64,000 nt of DNA from Thermoanaerobaculia bacterium. Lineage in GTDB: Bacteria > Acidobacteriota > Thermoanaerobaculia > UBA5066. Position 1 is the first letter of the stretch, and each line of letters starts with the position of its first letter. Under the pieces are notes generated by a model. That model worked only from the letters and a program-made list of their open reading frames with translations. It was not told the origin of the DNA and searched no databases. The translations under genes were made by a program, and so were the position numbers. The DNA lies in contig JBBRRY010000001.1 of the NCBI GenBank assembly GCA_038245905.1, positions 128,001 to 192,000 of the forward strand, given 5' to 3'. This document shows positions 10,830 to 21,062 of the stretch, piece by piece.

Positions 10830-13382
10830 ATGAGCAGCACGACGACGAAGAGCGACGAAATCCACCGGATCGAAGCCAAGTGGCGCGAGCGCTGGGAAGC
10901 GGATCGCGCCGCCTTCGTGGACACGGGAAAGCCCGCGGGCGAAGGAACGTACCTCCTCGTCATGCTCCCTTACCCGTCGGGCGACCGCCTGCACGTCGGG
11001 CACGCCCGGACGTACTTTCTGACCGACGCTCTCCACCGCTTTCTCAGGCAGACCGGCGTGACCGTGTTCTGTCCCATGGGCTGGGACGCCTTTGGCCTTC
11101 CCGCGGAGAACTACGCGATCCAGAAGGGGATTCATCCCCGCATCTCCACGCTTGCGAACATCGCGGCGATGAAGGAACAGTTCCGGGCGTGGGGAGTTCT
11201 CTACGACTGGACGAAGGAAGTCACGACCTGCGAGCCCGAGTACTACCGCTGGAACCAGTGGTTCTTCCTCAGGCTCCTCGAGAAGGGTCTCGCGGTCCGG
11301 AAGAAATCGGCGGTCAACTGGTGCCCCTCGTGCCTCACGGTTCTCGCGAACGAGCAGGCCGAGGGGGGCGTCTGCGAACGCTGCAAGACGCCGGTCGTCC
11401 AGCGCGAGCTGGAGCAGTGGTTCCTGAAGATCACCGACTACGCCGAGCGGCTCCTGGAAGGCCTCGACACGCTCGGCGCATGGCCCGAGAAAGTCGTCAC
11501 GATGCAGCGCAACTGGATCGGCAAGTCCACGGGCGCCGATCTCGACTTCGCGATTCCGTCGCTCGGGGAGACGGTGCGCGTCTTCACGACGCGTCCGGAC
11601 ACCGTGTTCGGCGCGACGGCGCTCATCCTTGCCCCCGAGCACGCGCTCGTGCCGCGCCTGCTCGACAAGCACCCGAAGCGCGCCGAGCTCCAGGCGTGGG
11701 TCAAGTCCGTACGCGACCAGGAGCGCATCGCTCGCGAGGCTGAGGGCGCCGAGAAGGACGGCCGGGACACGGGCGTCAAGGCGGTCAACCCGTTCACCGG
11801 GCAGGAGATTCCTGTATGGATCGCGAACTTCGTGATCGCGAGCTACGGCACAGGCGCCCTCATGGCTGTCCCGGCGCACGACACGCGCGACTTCGAGTTC
11901 GCGAAGAAGTACGACATTCCGATCGTGAAGGTCATCGAGGAGGAGAGGAAAGAAGAAGAGGAAGAAGATTTGCTTAGAAGGGAGGAGGGGGAGGGGCGCG
12001 CGCCGGGAGCGGAAAGCCTCGGCGGGTCGACTGCCTCCGCTTATACGGGCGAAGGCCGCCTCATCGCCTCCGGACCATTCTCAGCAAAATCTTCCTCTTC
12101 CGCTCGCGAGCTGATTGCGGCGGAAGCGGCTCGCCGAGGGATCGGCGGGCCGCGCGTGCGCTACCGGTTGCGCGACTGGCTCATTTCCCGCCAGCGCTAC
12201 TGGGGCACCCCGATCCCCATGATCCACTGCGAGAAGGACGGCTGGCTCCCCGTCCCCGAGAAGGACCTGCCCGTGGTCCTGCCCGCCGACGCGCCGTTCA
12301 CGGGCACGGGAGGCAACCCGCTGGAGAAAGTCGCCTCGTTCGTGAACACGACGTGCCCCCGATGCTCCGGCCCCGCGCGCCGCGAGACGGACACGATGGA
12401 CACCTTCGTGGACTCGTCCTGGTACTACCTGAGGTACCTCGACCCGAAAAACGCCCGGGCGCCGTTCGACCCCGCCATCGCGAAGGAGTGGGCGCCCGTC
12501 GACCAGTACATCGGCGGGATCGAGCACGCGATCCTGCATCTCCTGTACGCGCGCTTTTTCGCGCGCATCCTGAAGGACCTTGGCCTCGTGACGTTCGAGG
12601 AGCCGTTTTCCGCGCTCTTCAACCAGGGCATGATCACGCGCCAGTCCCCGACCGGGCGCGTCGAGAAGATGTCCAAGTCGCGCGGCAATGCGGTGTCGCT
12701 CGACCCGCTCATCGCCGAGAAGGGTGCCGACGCCGTCCGCGCGTTCATCCTCTTCCTCGGACCGCCGGAGAAGGACTCCGAGTGGAGCGACGAGGGGATC
12801 AGCGGCCCCGAGCGTTTCCTCTGGCGGGTGCGGGCCACAGTCGACCGGTTCCTTCAGGCAGGCTCCGATCCGAAGGGCCAGCCTGCGAAGGTCGACACGC
12901 CCGCGGCGCGCGCGCGCCATATGGCTGTGAAGAGGGTCACGGAGGACTTCCGGGCGTTTTCTTTCCACACGGCCGTGGCGCATCTCATGGAATTCCACAA
13001 CCATGCGACGAGTCTCGCCGGCGACGCCGACGCGGACGTGGGGGAGACCGCGACGACCCTCCGGACGCTCGTCACCCTGCTCCATCCCATTGCGCCTCAT
13101 CTGTCCGAGGAGCTTCACGAGCGGATGGGCGGCGCGAAGAGCCTCCTCTTGTCGGGCTGGCCGGCCTTCGATGCGGCGCTCGCGGTGGAGGAATTCGCGT
13201 CGATCGCCGTGCAGATTTCCGGGAAGGTCCGGGCGGAGATCAGGCTCCGACGAGGATCTTCTGAGAAGGAAGCCGTGACCGAGGCGGAATCGAACGGGAT
13301 CATCGTGAAGTGGCTCGACGGCAAGCAACGTGTGAAGACCATCTGGGTGCAGGACCGCCTGCTGAACATCGTGGTGAAGTGA
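10830..13382 (+). CDS. leuS: Leucine--tRNA ligase
   Basis: [49 protein letters not shown]. Confidence 0.97.
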   Translation: MSSTTTKSDEIHRIEAKWRERWEADRAAFVDTGKPAGEGTYLLVMLPYPSGDRLHVGHARTYFLTDALHRFLRQTGVTVFCPMGWDAFGLPAENYAIQKGIHPRISTLANIAAMKEQFRAWGVLYDWTKEVTTCEPEYYRWNQWFFLRLLEKGLAVRKKSAVNWCPSCLTVLANEQAEGGVCERCKTPVVQRELEQWFLKITDYAERLLEGLDTLGAWPEKVVTMQRNWIGKSTGADLDFAIPSLGETVRVFTTRPDTVFGATALILAPEHALVPRLLDKHPKRAELQAWVKSVRDQERIAREAEGAEKDGRDTGVKAVNPFTGQEIPVWIANFVIASYGTGALMAVPAHDTRDFEFAKKYDIPIVKVIEEERKEEEEEDLLRREEGEGRAPGAESLGGSTASAYTGEGRLIASGPFSAKSSSSARELIAAEAARRGIGGPRVRYRLRDWLISRQRYWGTPIPMIHCEKDGWLPVPEKDLPVVLPADAPFTGTGGNPLEKVASFVNTTCPRCSGPARRETDTMDTFVDSSWYYLRYLDPKNARAPFDPAIAKEWAPVDQYIGGIEHAILHLLYARFFARILKDLGLVTFEEPFSALFNQGMITRQSPTGRVEKMSKSRGNAVSLDPLIAEKGADAVRAFILFLGPPEKDSEWSDEGISGPERFLWRVRATVDRFLQAGSDPKGQPAKVDTPAARARHMAVKRVTEDFRAFSFHTAVAHLMEFHNHATSLAGDADADVGETATTLRTLVTLLHPIAPHLSEELHERMGGAKSLLLSGWPAFDAALAVEEFASIAVQISGKVRAEIRLRRGSSEKEAVTEAESNGIIVKWLDGKQRVKTIWVQDRLLNIVVK
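11941..12100. repeat. Convergent pair of the AT-rich motif inside leuS
   Basis: + GAAGAAGATTTGCTTAGAAGGGAGG (11961-11985); - GAAGAGGAAGATTTTGCTGAGAATGG (12100-12075). Confidence 0.7.
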
Positions 13383-13900
13383 AACTCTCTGTCTTCTTCT
13401 TTGTCTTTCTGTTCGCGCTGTCATCTTCGAGTTGCGGCTATGGGTTGGTCGGGACTGGGTCGAGCGCGCTTCCCGCGGCCGTCAAGACCGTTTACGTGGC
13501 GCAGTTCGTCAACGACACGACGGCCGTCGGCCTGGAGCAGCGCCTCACGGACGCCGTCATCCGCGAGTTGTCTGCGCGCGGGCGCCTAAAATCGGTTTCG
13601 GACCGGTCGGCAGCGGACTCGGAGCTCGTTGGGCATCTGACGTCCTGCAACGTCGCGCCCGTGCGCTTCGACGCGAACGGGATCGCGGTCGAGTATCAGG
13701 TGACTGTGACGGGAAAGTTCGTCCTCACGGATAAGGCGACGGACAAGCCGATTTTCGCGGAGCCCGCTTACCTGTTCCGGCAGCCGTACACGGTGCCGTC
13801 GAGCGCGAGCTCGTACTACGACCGGGAGCGGGAGGCCATCGACGCCATGGCCCGCCCGTTCGCGCAGAACCTCGTCACGACGATTCTGGAAGGGTTCTAA
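13379..13900 (+). CDS. lptE: LPS assembly lipoprotein LptE family
   Basis: Lipobox SSCGY; GTG start overlaps the leuS stop; conserved leuS-lptE order. Confidence 0.8.
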   Translation: MKLSVFFFVFLFALSSSSCGYGLVGTGSSALPAAVKTVYVAQFVNDTTAVGLEQRLTDAVIRELSARGRLKSVSDRSAADSELVGHLTSCNVAPVRFDANGIAVEYQVTVTGKFVLTDKATDKPIFAEPAYLFRQPYTVPSSASSYYDREREAIDAMARPFAQNLVTTILEGF

Positions 13901-13918
13901 CCGGCGAGCCGCCCGCGT

Positions 13919-14197
13919 TTACTTTTTCGCGACGGACTTCTTCGCCTTGTTCACGGTCTTCGAAATGCGTGATTTCAGGCGGGATGCTGTCTTCCTGTGG
14001 AGGACGCCCTTGCGGACGGCGACGTCGAGGTCGGAGACTGCGTTCGAGAGGAGATTGCCTGCTTTCTCGGCCTCGGTCTCCGCCGTCTTGCGCAGGTTCT
14101 TCACGAGATTACGGACCTTCGTCACGACGGAGCGGTTGCGGACCCTGCGGCGATCGCTCTGCGCGGCGCGTTTCTTGGCTTGCTTGGTGTTGGCCAT
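13919..14197 (-). CDS. rpsT: 30S ribosomal protein S20
   Basis: MANTKQAKKRAAQS...RNRS...KGVLHRKTASRLKSR. Confidence 0.97.
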   Translation of the reverse strand: MANTKQAKKRAAQSDRRRVRNRSVVTKVRNLVKNLRKTAETEAEKAGNLLSNAVSDLDVAVRKGVLHRKTASRLKSRISKTVNKAKKSVAKK

Positions 14198-14221
14198 GGG
14201 AGTTCGGGTGTACCTTTCTGT

Positions 14222-15124
14222 TCAGCGGGAATCGCCGCCGAGGGACTTGAGGCGCTGGCGCGCGCTCTTGGCCTCGTCGGAGCCAGGAAACTGGTTGACG
14301 ACAAAATTCAACTCGACCATGCCCTGAGCCTTCTCTCCCAGTTCGAGGTGGGCGATGCCCTTCTTGAGGTGGGCGGCCGGGGCCTTGTCGCTCTGGGGGT
14401 AGGAGCGGAAGAGCTTGTCGAACGCGGCGATCGCTTCCCGCGGCTTCTTCTGTGCCGACCAGCATTCGCCGGCCCAGTAGAGGGCGTCATCCGACAGGTC
14501 GGTGTGCGGGAACTTATCGGCGTAATCCTCGAAACCCTGCCGCGAGAGGTCGTATCGGCCCCGCTGGTAGTCGGCCGTCGCCTGAGCGAAGAGGTCGGCG
14601 GGCGTGATGCCGCCGCCGCGCGGCGCGGTGCCTGCTCCGGGCGCGGCAGCGAGACCCGCACCCACAGGAGGCGTTCCGCCGAGCGCCGAAGCGGCCGAGG
14701 GAGCGGAGGTGGGCGCGGAGGGGTTGCCCACGGTGGTACCCGCGGGCGCGGTCGAGGTATGCGTCTGCGATTCGGCGATCTGCTGCGAGAGCTGAGTCAG
14801 GCGCCGGTTGGCGTCCTCGAGCTTGCCCGCGAGAGCCTGCATCTCGCGCGTCAAGTCGTCAAATTTCGTTCCGAGATCGGCATTCGAGCGCAGCAGAGTC
14901 TCCGCCTGTCTGGCGAGCCTCTCGCTCAGCTTCGCGACCTCGTCCTTGGAAGACGATTGCTTGGCGACCACGTCGACTTCCTTCTCGACTGTCGAAAGGT
15001 GCTTGTGAAGGCCGTCGATGTCGCTCCCGCTGACGCACCCGACGGCCGCCGCGAGAAACCCCGCGGCGGCGACGGAACGAATGGCGCGCGAGGCGCGCTC
15101 CCCGTTCACTTCCTCCCCGTTCAT
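14222..15124 (-). CDS. cpoB: Tol-Pal system protein YbgF/CpoB (coiled coil plus TPR)
   Basis: Lipoprotein-like signal, coiled coil, TPRs (DALYWAGE, YPQSDKAPAAHLKKG); directly after pal. Confidence 0.88.
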   Translation of the reverse strand: MNGEEVNGERASRAIRSVAAAGFLAAAVGCVSGSDIDGLHKHLSTVEKEVDVVAKQSSSKDEVAKLSERLARQAETLLRSNADLGTKFDDLTREMQALAGKLEDANRRLTQLSQQIAESQTHTSTAPAGTTVGNPSAPTSAPSAASALGGTPPVGAGLAAAPGAGTAPRGGGITPADLFAQATADYQRGRYDLSRQGFEDYADKFPHTDLSDDALYWAGECWSAQKKPREAIAAFDKLFRSYPQSDKAPAAHLKKGIAHLELGEKAQGMVELNFVVNQFPGSDEAKSARQRLKSLGGDSR

Positions 15125-15675
15125 TTACCGGTGACGACGAAGTGGGCGCGGCGGTTCTTCTGCCACGAGTCTTCGTCGTGTCCGGTGGCGAAGGGACGCT
15201 CTTTGCCGTACGAAACGGTCTTGACCCGGGACGCGTCGACGCCGAGGGAGACGAGGTAGTCCTTCGCGGCGTTCGCGCGGCGGTCGCCGAGGGCGAGGTT
15301 GTACTGCGCCGTGCCGCGATCGTCGGTGTGGCCTTCAATCGTGAACTGAACGGAGGGGTACTTCTTCAGCCAGGTCGCGTTCGTGGCGAGGACGTCGCGA
15401 GAGTCGCCACGGATGTCGGCCTTGTCGTAGTCGAAGAACGCGGGCTTGAGCATGCCGCTCAGCTCGTTGATCGACCTCCCCGAAATGTCCGCATCAATCT
15501 TCGGCGTCGGCTTCGGCGTGGGCGTGGCGACCGGCTCGACCGTGACGACGGTGGGCGTCGAAACGGGCGCGGGCGTCGGCGCGGGCATCGGCGCGGCGGG
15601 TGGTTTGCTGGAACACGCCACGACGAATGCGACGGCAGCAAGGGTGATGGAACCGGCCTTGAGGGAATGCTTCAT
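15121..15675 (-). CDS. pal: Peptidoglycan-associated lipoprotein
   Basis: Lipobox VACSS; FFDYDK, IEGHTDDRGTAQYNLALGDRRA, SYGKERP, NRRAHF. Confidence 0.95.
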   Translation of the reverse strand: MKHSLKAGSITLAAVAFVVACSSKPPAAPMPAPTPAPVSTPTVVTVEPVATPTPKPTPKIDADISGRSINELSGMLKPAFFDYDKADIRGDSRDVLATNATWLKKYPSVQFTIEGHTDDRGTAQYNLALGDRRANAAKDYLVSLGVDASRVKTVSYGKERPFATGHDEDSWQKNRRAHFVVTGK

Positions 15676-15737
15676 GGATCGAGCCTCCGTTAGTTGCAGG
15701 ATGGGGGGAAAGCCGGGCGGCGCTCCCCGTGGGGTCA

Positions 15738-17144
15738 CTATTCTAGCGTCTTGACCCACGAGGGGGAATAATTGTTCCCGGAAGACGTCACGTTGCGCGC
15801 CGTTCCACTTCCGTCGGCGTTTCCGACGGCAATCTGGGTCGAGCTGCCGCGCTGCACTTCCCAGGCGATCTTCGAGCCGTCCGGGGACCACGTGGGCCCT
15901 TCGTGGGCGCCGGGCCCGCTGGAAATCTGCACCGTCCGGCCTGAGGAGAGATCCATGACGCAGATCTGAAAATCGCCCTCGTTCCGGCAGGCGAACGCAA
16001 GGCGCCCGCCGTCCGGGGAGAACGCGGCCTCGTCGTTCCAGTTTCCGGCCAACGTCACGCGCCGGACGTTCGCGCCCTCGAGGTCCATCATGAAGATCTG
16101 CGGCGAGCCCTGCCGATTGGACGTGAACGCGAGCTCCCGGCCGTTCGGGGACCAGCGGGGCGTGGAGTCGATCGCCGCGTTCTCGGTGAGGCGCTTCAGA
16201 GAGGAGCCGTCCGTCTGGACGGTGAAGATCTCCGTGTTACCCCGCACGCTGCCACAGAACGCAATCGTCCTGCCGTCGGGGGAGAACGACGGGGACGCAT
16301 TGAGCTGCGTCGGGACCGGAATGGGCCGCTTGTCGGTCCCGTCCTTGCCGATGAGCCACAGACCCGGCGTGTCCTTCTCGTAGGACTGGTAGACGATCTT
16401 CGTCCCGTCGGGCGACCAGTCGGGAGCGAGCGACAGCGTGCGCGAGCTCGTGATGCGCCGTTGGTTCTCACCGTCGAAGTCCATCGTGTAGATCTCCTTG
16501 ACGCGCGGCTCGTCGCGGTCGGAGGAGAAGGCGAGCTTCGTGAGGAACGGCCCGGGCTTGCCGGTGAACTGGCGCACGAGGTCGCTCGCCAGCGTATGGG
16601 CAATGCGGCGCGCGGCGCGGTTCTCGCCCGTGTACTTCTTGCTCAGGATGGACCTGAGCGTGCCGAGGTCCCACAGCAGCGCCTCGACGATCACGTTCCC
16701 GCCGTCCGGCGACATGTGCGTGTCGAGGAGGAACTGGGCAGACGTGGCTTTCCACGCGTCGCCCTCTTCGCGGTTCTGCGGAGGGCGCATCGCCTTCGGG
16801 TAGAGCGTCGGATCGGCCACGACGAAGACCCCCGAACCCGCGAGGTCGTCGGACAGCGTCGTGTAGAACGGATCGACGGCCCTCGTCTGGAGATCCGTCT
16901 GGAGCGGCGCGATCGTCATCGGGATCGCGAGCGGGCGGCGCGCGTTCGAGCTGCCCGTGATCGTGATGTCGATGTTGGAGGCCTGCGGGAAACCGGAGGG
17001 AGTCGAGGATGTCGAGGACGTCGCCGGGGCGGGCGCCGAGGGCCGAGTCGCCGACTTCGGCGCCTGCCCGAGGACGGGAGCGGCACAGACGAGAGCAGCC
17101 GCAAGCATCAGCGCGCCGGCTCTCCTGAATCCCTCGAAGAACAT
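15738..17144 (-). CDS. tolB: Tol-Pal beta-propeller protein TolB
   Basis: PD40 repeats (WSPDG, FSPDG, WSPNG) between tolA-like gene and pal. Start uncertain: ATG 17144 or GTG 17216; the extension is purine-rich motif DNA. Confidence 0.9.
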   Translation of the reverse strand: MFFEGFRRAGALMLAAALVCAAPVLGQAPKSATRPSAPAPATSSTSSTPSGFPQASNIDITITGSSNARRPLAIPMTIAPLQTDLQTRAVDPFYTTLSDDLAGSGVFVVADPTLYPKAMRPPQNREEGDAWKATSAQFLLDTHMSPDGGNVIVEALLWDLGTLRSILSKKYTGENRAARRIAHTLASDLVRQFTGKPGPFLTKLAFSSDRDEPRVKEIYTMDFDGENQRRITSSRTLSLAPDWSPDGTKIVYQSYEKDTPGLWLIGKDGTDKRPIPVPTQLNASPSFSPDGRTIAFCGSVRGNTEIFTVQTDGSSLKRLTENAAIDSTPRWSPNGRELAFTSNRQGSPQIFMMDLEGANVRRVTLAGNWNDEAAFSPDGGRLAFACRNEGDFQICVMDLSSGRTVQISSGPGAHEGPTWSPDGSKIAWEVQRGSSTQIAVGNADGSGTARNVTSSGNNYSPSWVKTLE

Positions 17145-17216
17145 CTTCTCTCTCTGTCTTACCTTCAAAGTAATCTCTTCTTCTCTTTCTTCTTCTCTCA
17201 ACAACTTCCCCTTCAC
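17121..17216 (-). repeat. Three tandem degenerate motif copies at the tolA/tolB junction
   Basis: GAAGTTGTTGAGAG, GAGATTACTTTGAAGG, GAAGATGTTCTTCGAGGG on the minus strand; anchors 17205, 17175, 17145. Confidence 0.5.
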
Positions 17217-17992
17217 TGGAATTTCAGATGCACGCCGAGCGAATCGTTGCGGTAGTCGGGCGGCAACGGCGGGAGCGGGTTCGCGGCGTACACGGCGCGC
17301 GCCGCGGCCCGGTCGTAGTAGCTCACGCCCGACGTGGAATCTACCTTGACCTCCGTCACCTGTCCGGAGCGGAGGACGCGAAAAGAGACGACACAGCTCA
17401 CGCTTTCGGCCGACTCCGGCTTGAACCAGTTCGCGCCGATGAGGGACAGCAGCTGTTCGACGTAATAGGCGAAGGGAAAGTCGGCGTCAAGGGACGTCAC
17501 CGACGCCCCGAAAGAGATGCCGGCGCCCGACGTCGAGCCGTTGGCGACCCCGGCGGCGCTCGGCAGCTCGAGCGCCGGCCCGGTTGCCCTCGGAGCGGCG
17601 GCCGGCAGCTTCGCTTTCTCCGGCTTCGCAGGCTTCTTCGGCTCGGGCAACGCCTTCGCTGAAGGGAGGATCTTCTCCGCGGGTTTCTCGATTGCGGGCC
17701 TGGCCTTGACGCGCGCGGGCAGCGCTTCCGCTGGCGCCGGCGCGGGCGCGGGTGCCGCCTCGGGCCGGCCGAGGAACGCCGGGCTCACGACGCGGACGGG
17801 TAGAGACATCGGCATGAAGACGGGAGTCTTCCGGGGGCGGCCAACGAGGAGCAGCATCGCGAGGAAGCCTGCGTGCGCGAAGACGGAAACGGCAGCCGTC
17901 AGGCCCCGGGGTGCCCGCCCGCCTTTCGCGCGCCGCTCGAGGATGTCCGAGACGGTCGGCGGCCCGGCAAGAGCGGCCGCAGGCGTCGTCAA
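17213..17992 (-). CDS. TolA/TonB-family energy transducer
   Basis: TM helix with S-x3-H, Pro/Lys-rich linker, C-terminal SGVSYYDRAAARAV..PLPPLP. Confidence 0.85.
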   Translation of the reverse strand: MTTPAAALAGPPTVSDILERRAKGGRAPRGLTAAVSVFAHAGFLAMLLLVGRPRKTPVFMPMSLPVRVVSPAFLGRPEAAPAPAPAPAEALPARVKARPAIEKPAEKILPSAKALPEPKKPAKPEKAKLPAAAPRATGPALELPSAAGVANGSTSGAGISFGASVTSLDADFPFAYYVEQLLSLIGANWFKPESAESVSCVVSFRVLRSGQVTEVKVDSTSGVSYYDRAAARAVYAANPLPPLPPDYRNDSLGVHLKFQ

Positions 17993-18411
17993 GGAGCGCC
18001 CTCGCTCTTGAGCTCGGTGACCATCCCGAGGCTCTCGACGCCCAGCCGGTTCAGCGTGTCCATGGTCTCGACGACGACGCCATATGCGAGGTTGCGGTCC
18101 GCCTTCAGGTACACGGCTTTGTCGCGCCGGCGCGAGAGGATGAGCTTGAGCCTCTCCTTGAGCTGCGTCTTCGGAATGGGAGTCTCGTTAAGGTAGTAGT
18201 TCCCGTTCTTCGTGATCGAGAGGATGAGCGGGTCTTCGGGCGTCTTCGGAAGGTTCTGGGCGACGGACTTCGGGAGCTGGACCTCGACGCCCTGGTGCAG
18301 GAGCGGCGCGGTGACCATGAAGATGACGAGGAGGACGAGCATGACGTCGACGAGCGGCGTCACGTTGATGTCCGAGAAGGTGTCCGCGTCGTCGTCGAGC
18401 TTGAAAGCCAC
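17989..18411 (-). CDS. tolR: TolR/ExbD biopolymer transporter
   Basis: INVTPLVDVMLVLLVIFMVTAP, LKADRNLAYG. Confidence 0.9.
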   Translation of the reverse strand: MAFKLDDDADTFSDINVTPLVDVMLVLLVIFMVTAPLLHQGVEVQLPKSVAQNLPKTPEDPLILSITKNGNYYLNETPIPKTQLKERLKLILSRRRDKAVYLKADRNLAYGVVVETMDTLNRLGVESLGMVTELKSEGAP

Positions 18412-18421
18412 GTTCCGCCCT

Positions 18422-19117
18422 CTAGGTGAAGTGGCGCTCGGCCAGGTTCATGAACTCGAGAGCGAAGTCGCGCATTTCCGCGCGCGCGATGCGCATCTTT
18501 CCGCCGAAGTTGTTGTACGCGATGAGCGCTGGCACGGCCGCCACGAGGCCGGCCGCCGTGTTGATCAAGGCCTCGGCGATGCCGGGCGCGACGACGACGA
18601 TCGACGTCGAGCCCTTCTGGGCGATCTGCGAGAACGCGATCATGATGCCCATCACCGTCCCGAAGAGGCCGATGAAGGGCGTCGCGGAGGCCGTCGTTGC
18701 GAGAAAAGGCAGCCCGCGCGTGAGGCGAGTCGTCTCGACCCCGGCGGCGCGCTCCAGCGCGCGCTCGATCGACGCGAGACTCTTGACGAAAAGGCGGCCG
18801 GTGTCGGCGGGCGCCACCTCGCGGCCGTCCTTCACCTGCTGGTCCAGCTCGGCGTAGCCCGCGCGAAAAATGCCGACGAGCGGACTCGATTCGCACTTGT
18901 CGCAGATCCCGAGCACGTCGGCGAACTTCCGGCTCTTCCGAAAGTGGTTCAGGAACGCCCGCGAGTCGGATGCGGCGCGTGAGAAACTCCAGATTCGGCC
19001 GATGATGATTGCCCACGACACCAGTGAGAAGAACGCGAGAACGAGCAGGACGGCTTTGGCCGTCGGTCCCGCTGCGGTGAAAAGCTGGACAATGTTCGAG
19101 CCGCCGGTTTCCGTCAT
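18422..19117 (-). CDS. tolQ: TolQ/ExbB/MotA proton channel protein
   Basis: TPFIGLFGTVMGI, APGIAEALINTAAGL, AVPALIAYN. Confidence 0.9.
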   Translation of the reverse strand: MTETGGSNIVQLFTAAGPTAKAVLLVLAFFSLVSWAIIIGRIWSFSRAASDSRAFLNHFRKSRKFADVLGICDKCESSPLVGIFRAGYAELDQQVKDGREVAPADTGRLFVKSLASIERALERAAGVETTRLTRGLPFLATTASATPFIGLFGTVMGIMIAFSQIAQKGSTSIVVVAPGIAEALINTAAGLVAAVPALIAYNNFGGKMRIARAEMRDFALEFMNLAERHFT

Positions 19118-19187
19118 GGGTTCTCGTGACTCCCTCTCGGGATGCGTTCCGCGACGGACCCGTCTCGGGCCGTCCCGTCAAGGTAGC

Positions 19188-21062
19188 ATGGAATCTTCAA
19201 GAGGGTCAAAGGGTTGGCTGCTCCGCGCGGCGGCTCTCGCGCTTCTCGCGACGAGCGCAGACGGGTACGCGCCGGCCGCGCCGCTCGCGGCCGACATCCT
19301 GCCGCTCTCGGCCGTCCGGACGGGAATGAAAGGCTACGGTCTGACCGTGCTTCGCGGCTCCCTCGTGGAGCGTTTCGACGTCGAAGTCCTCGGGATCGTG
19401 CCGAACACCCTCGGGCGTTCGCAGATCATCGTCCGCGTCGGCGGGCTCGGTCTCGAAAAGACAGGCATTCTCGCGGGGATGAGCGGCAGCCCCGTCTACT
19501 TCGAGGGCCGCCTCGCCGGGGCTGTGGCCTCCACGTGGGGCTTCGCGAAGGAGCCCATCGGCGCGGTCACGCCGATCGAATCGATGCTTGCAATCGACGG
19601 CGGGGAAGACGTTCCGCGCGTCGGCGCCGGAACAGCTTCGCGCGTGCCGGTCGCGCCCTTCACGGGCGGATTCAGCGAATTCGCAGCGGCCCTGGCCCTC
19701 CCGGAAGATGAAAGGCTTCTCGCCCTTCGCCGGATCGTGGACGCGCGTCCGGGATGGCCCGCGCACGCCTCCTCCTCGCTCCTGGCCCCCGCCTGCACGG
19801 GTTTCCCGGTCGACACGCTCGGGCGATGGAGCACCGACCTCGCCCGGCTCGGGATCCCTCTCGAGTCGGGAACGCTGCCGGCTCTTCCGGGAACCGCCCT
19901 TCAGGCGACCGAACGGGCACGCCCCGCGGCGCCGCTCGCGCCCGGTTCCGCCCTGACGGCCCTCCTCATCGACGGCGACCTCCAGCTCGGCGCGACCGGG
20001 ACCGTCACGCGCGTGGACGGAGACGGACGGTTCCTCGCGTTCGGGCACCCGTTCCTCGGAGCGGGACCCATCGACCTGCCGGCCGCTCCGGCGGAAGTCG
20101 TGACGGTCTTCCCGAGCGCGATGCTCTCGTTCAAGGTGGCCTACGCTCTAGCCCCGGCTTATCGCCTGACGCACGACCGCGACAGCGGCGTGGCCGGGCG
20201 CACGGACCGGACCGTGCCCCTCGTCCCCGTGCGGTTCCGGCTCGAGTCGGGCGGGGGAAGCGTCCGCACGCTGTCCTGGGGCGTCGCGCGCGAAACGGCG
20301 CTGCTTCCGATCCTCCTCTCGATCTCGCTGGATGCGGCGCTTACGACGCTCGACGCGACGCCCGTCGACCGGACGCTTCGCCTCCGCGTGGCCGTCGACA
20401 CGAAGACAGGGCCCTTCGTGTACGCCGACCAGATGACGGGCCCGCGCGCCAAGGAGCTCGCCCTCATGACGGCGAACGTCCTGACCGGTCTCGTCGCCCA
20501 GAACGAGTACGAGGATCCCGGGATCACCGGCGTGGACGTCTCGATCGTGAGCACTCCCGGTGAGAGGAGGCTGCGGATCGTGGAGGCGGCTCTCTCCACG
20601 CGGAAGGCCGTACCGGGCGAGACGCTGCATGCAACGGTTCGGCTCGTGGATCGCCGCGGCTCCCCCTCGACGCGCGTCCTGTCCCTCACCGTGCCGAAGG
20701 AGACGCCCGAAGGCCGCGCGATCGTTCTCGTCGGAGACGGCAACGCGGCCTCGAGCGCGCATCTTGCGGCCGATCCGGCCGAGCCGCGCAGCCTCGCGGG
20801 TCTCCGCGCCGCGATCGGGCGGCTCGTTCCCGCGGACCGGCTCGCGGCGTTGCTGCTCGTCCCCGCGCGGGGGGCCACGACGGGGGACGGCACCCTTTCG
20901 GCGCTTCCTCCTTCCTTCGCGATGGTCCTCACCGAGGGTAGCGAGGGAAACCCGCGCCCGTCCGTTCCGTCCCGCATCCTCGCCGAAGAAATCCTCGTCC
21001 TCGACCGGCCCGCGTCCGGTGCCGTGCGCCTCGAGCTCGAGATAGAAAGGCCCCGCTCCTGA
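19188..21062 (+). CDS. SpoIVB peptidase S55 domain protein (secreted)
   Basis: Signal peptide; GMKGYGLTV, AGMSGSPVY, GTVT...FGHPF. Confidence 0.85.
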   Translation: MESSRGSKGWLLRAAALALLATSADGYAPAAPLAADILPLSAVRTGMKGYGLTVLRGSLVERFDVEVLGIVPNTLGRSQIIVRVGGLGLEKTGILAGMSGSPVYFEGRLAGAVASTWGFAKEPIGAVTPIESMLAIDGGEDVPRVGAGTASRVPVAPFTGGFSEFAAALALPEDERLLALRRIVDARPGWPAHASSSLLAPACTGFPVDTLGRWSTDLARLGIPLESGTLPALPGTALQATERARPAAPLAPGSALTALLIDGDLQLGATGTVTRVDGDGRFLAFGHPFLGAGPIDLPAAPAEVVTVFPSAMLSFKVAYALAPAYRLTHDRDSGVAGRTDRTVPLVPVRFRLESGGGSVRTLSWGVARETALLPILLSISLDAALTTLDATPVDRTLRLRVAVDTKTGPFVYADQMTGPRAKELALMTANVLTGLVAQNEYEDPGITGVDVSIVSTPGERRLRIVEAALSTRKAVPGETLHATVRLVDRRGSPSTRVLSLTVPKETPEGRAIVLVGDGNAASSAHLAADPAEPRSLAGLRAAIGRLVPADRLAALLLVPARGATTGDGTLSALPPSFAMVLTEGSEGNPRPSVPSRILAEEILVLDRPASGAVRLELEIERPRS

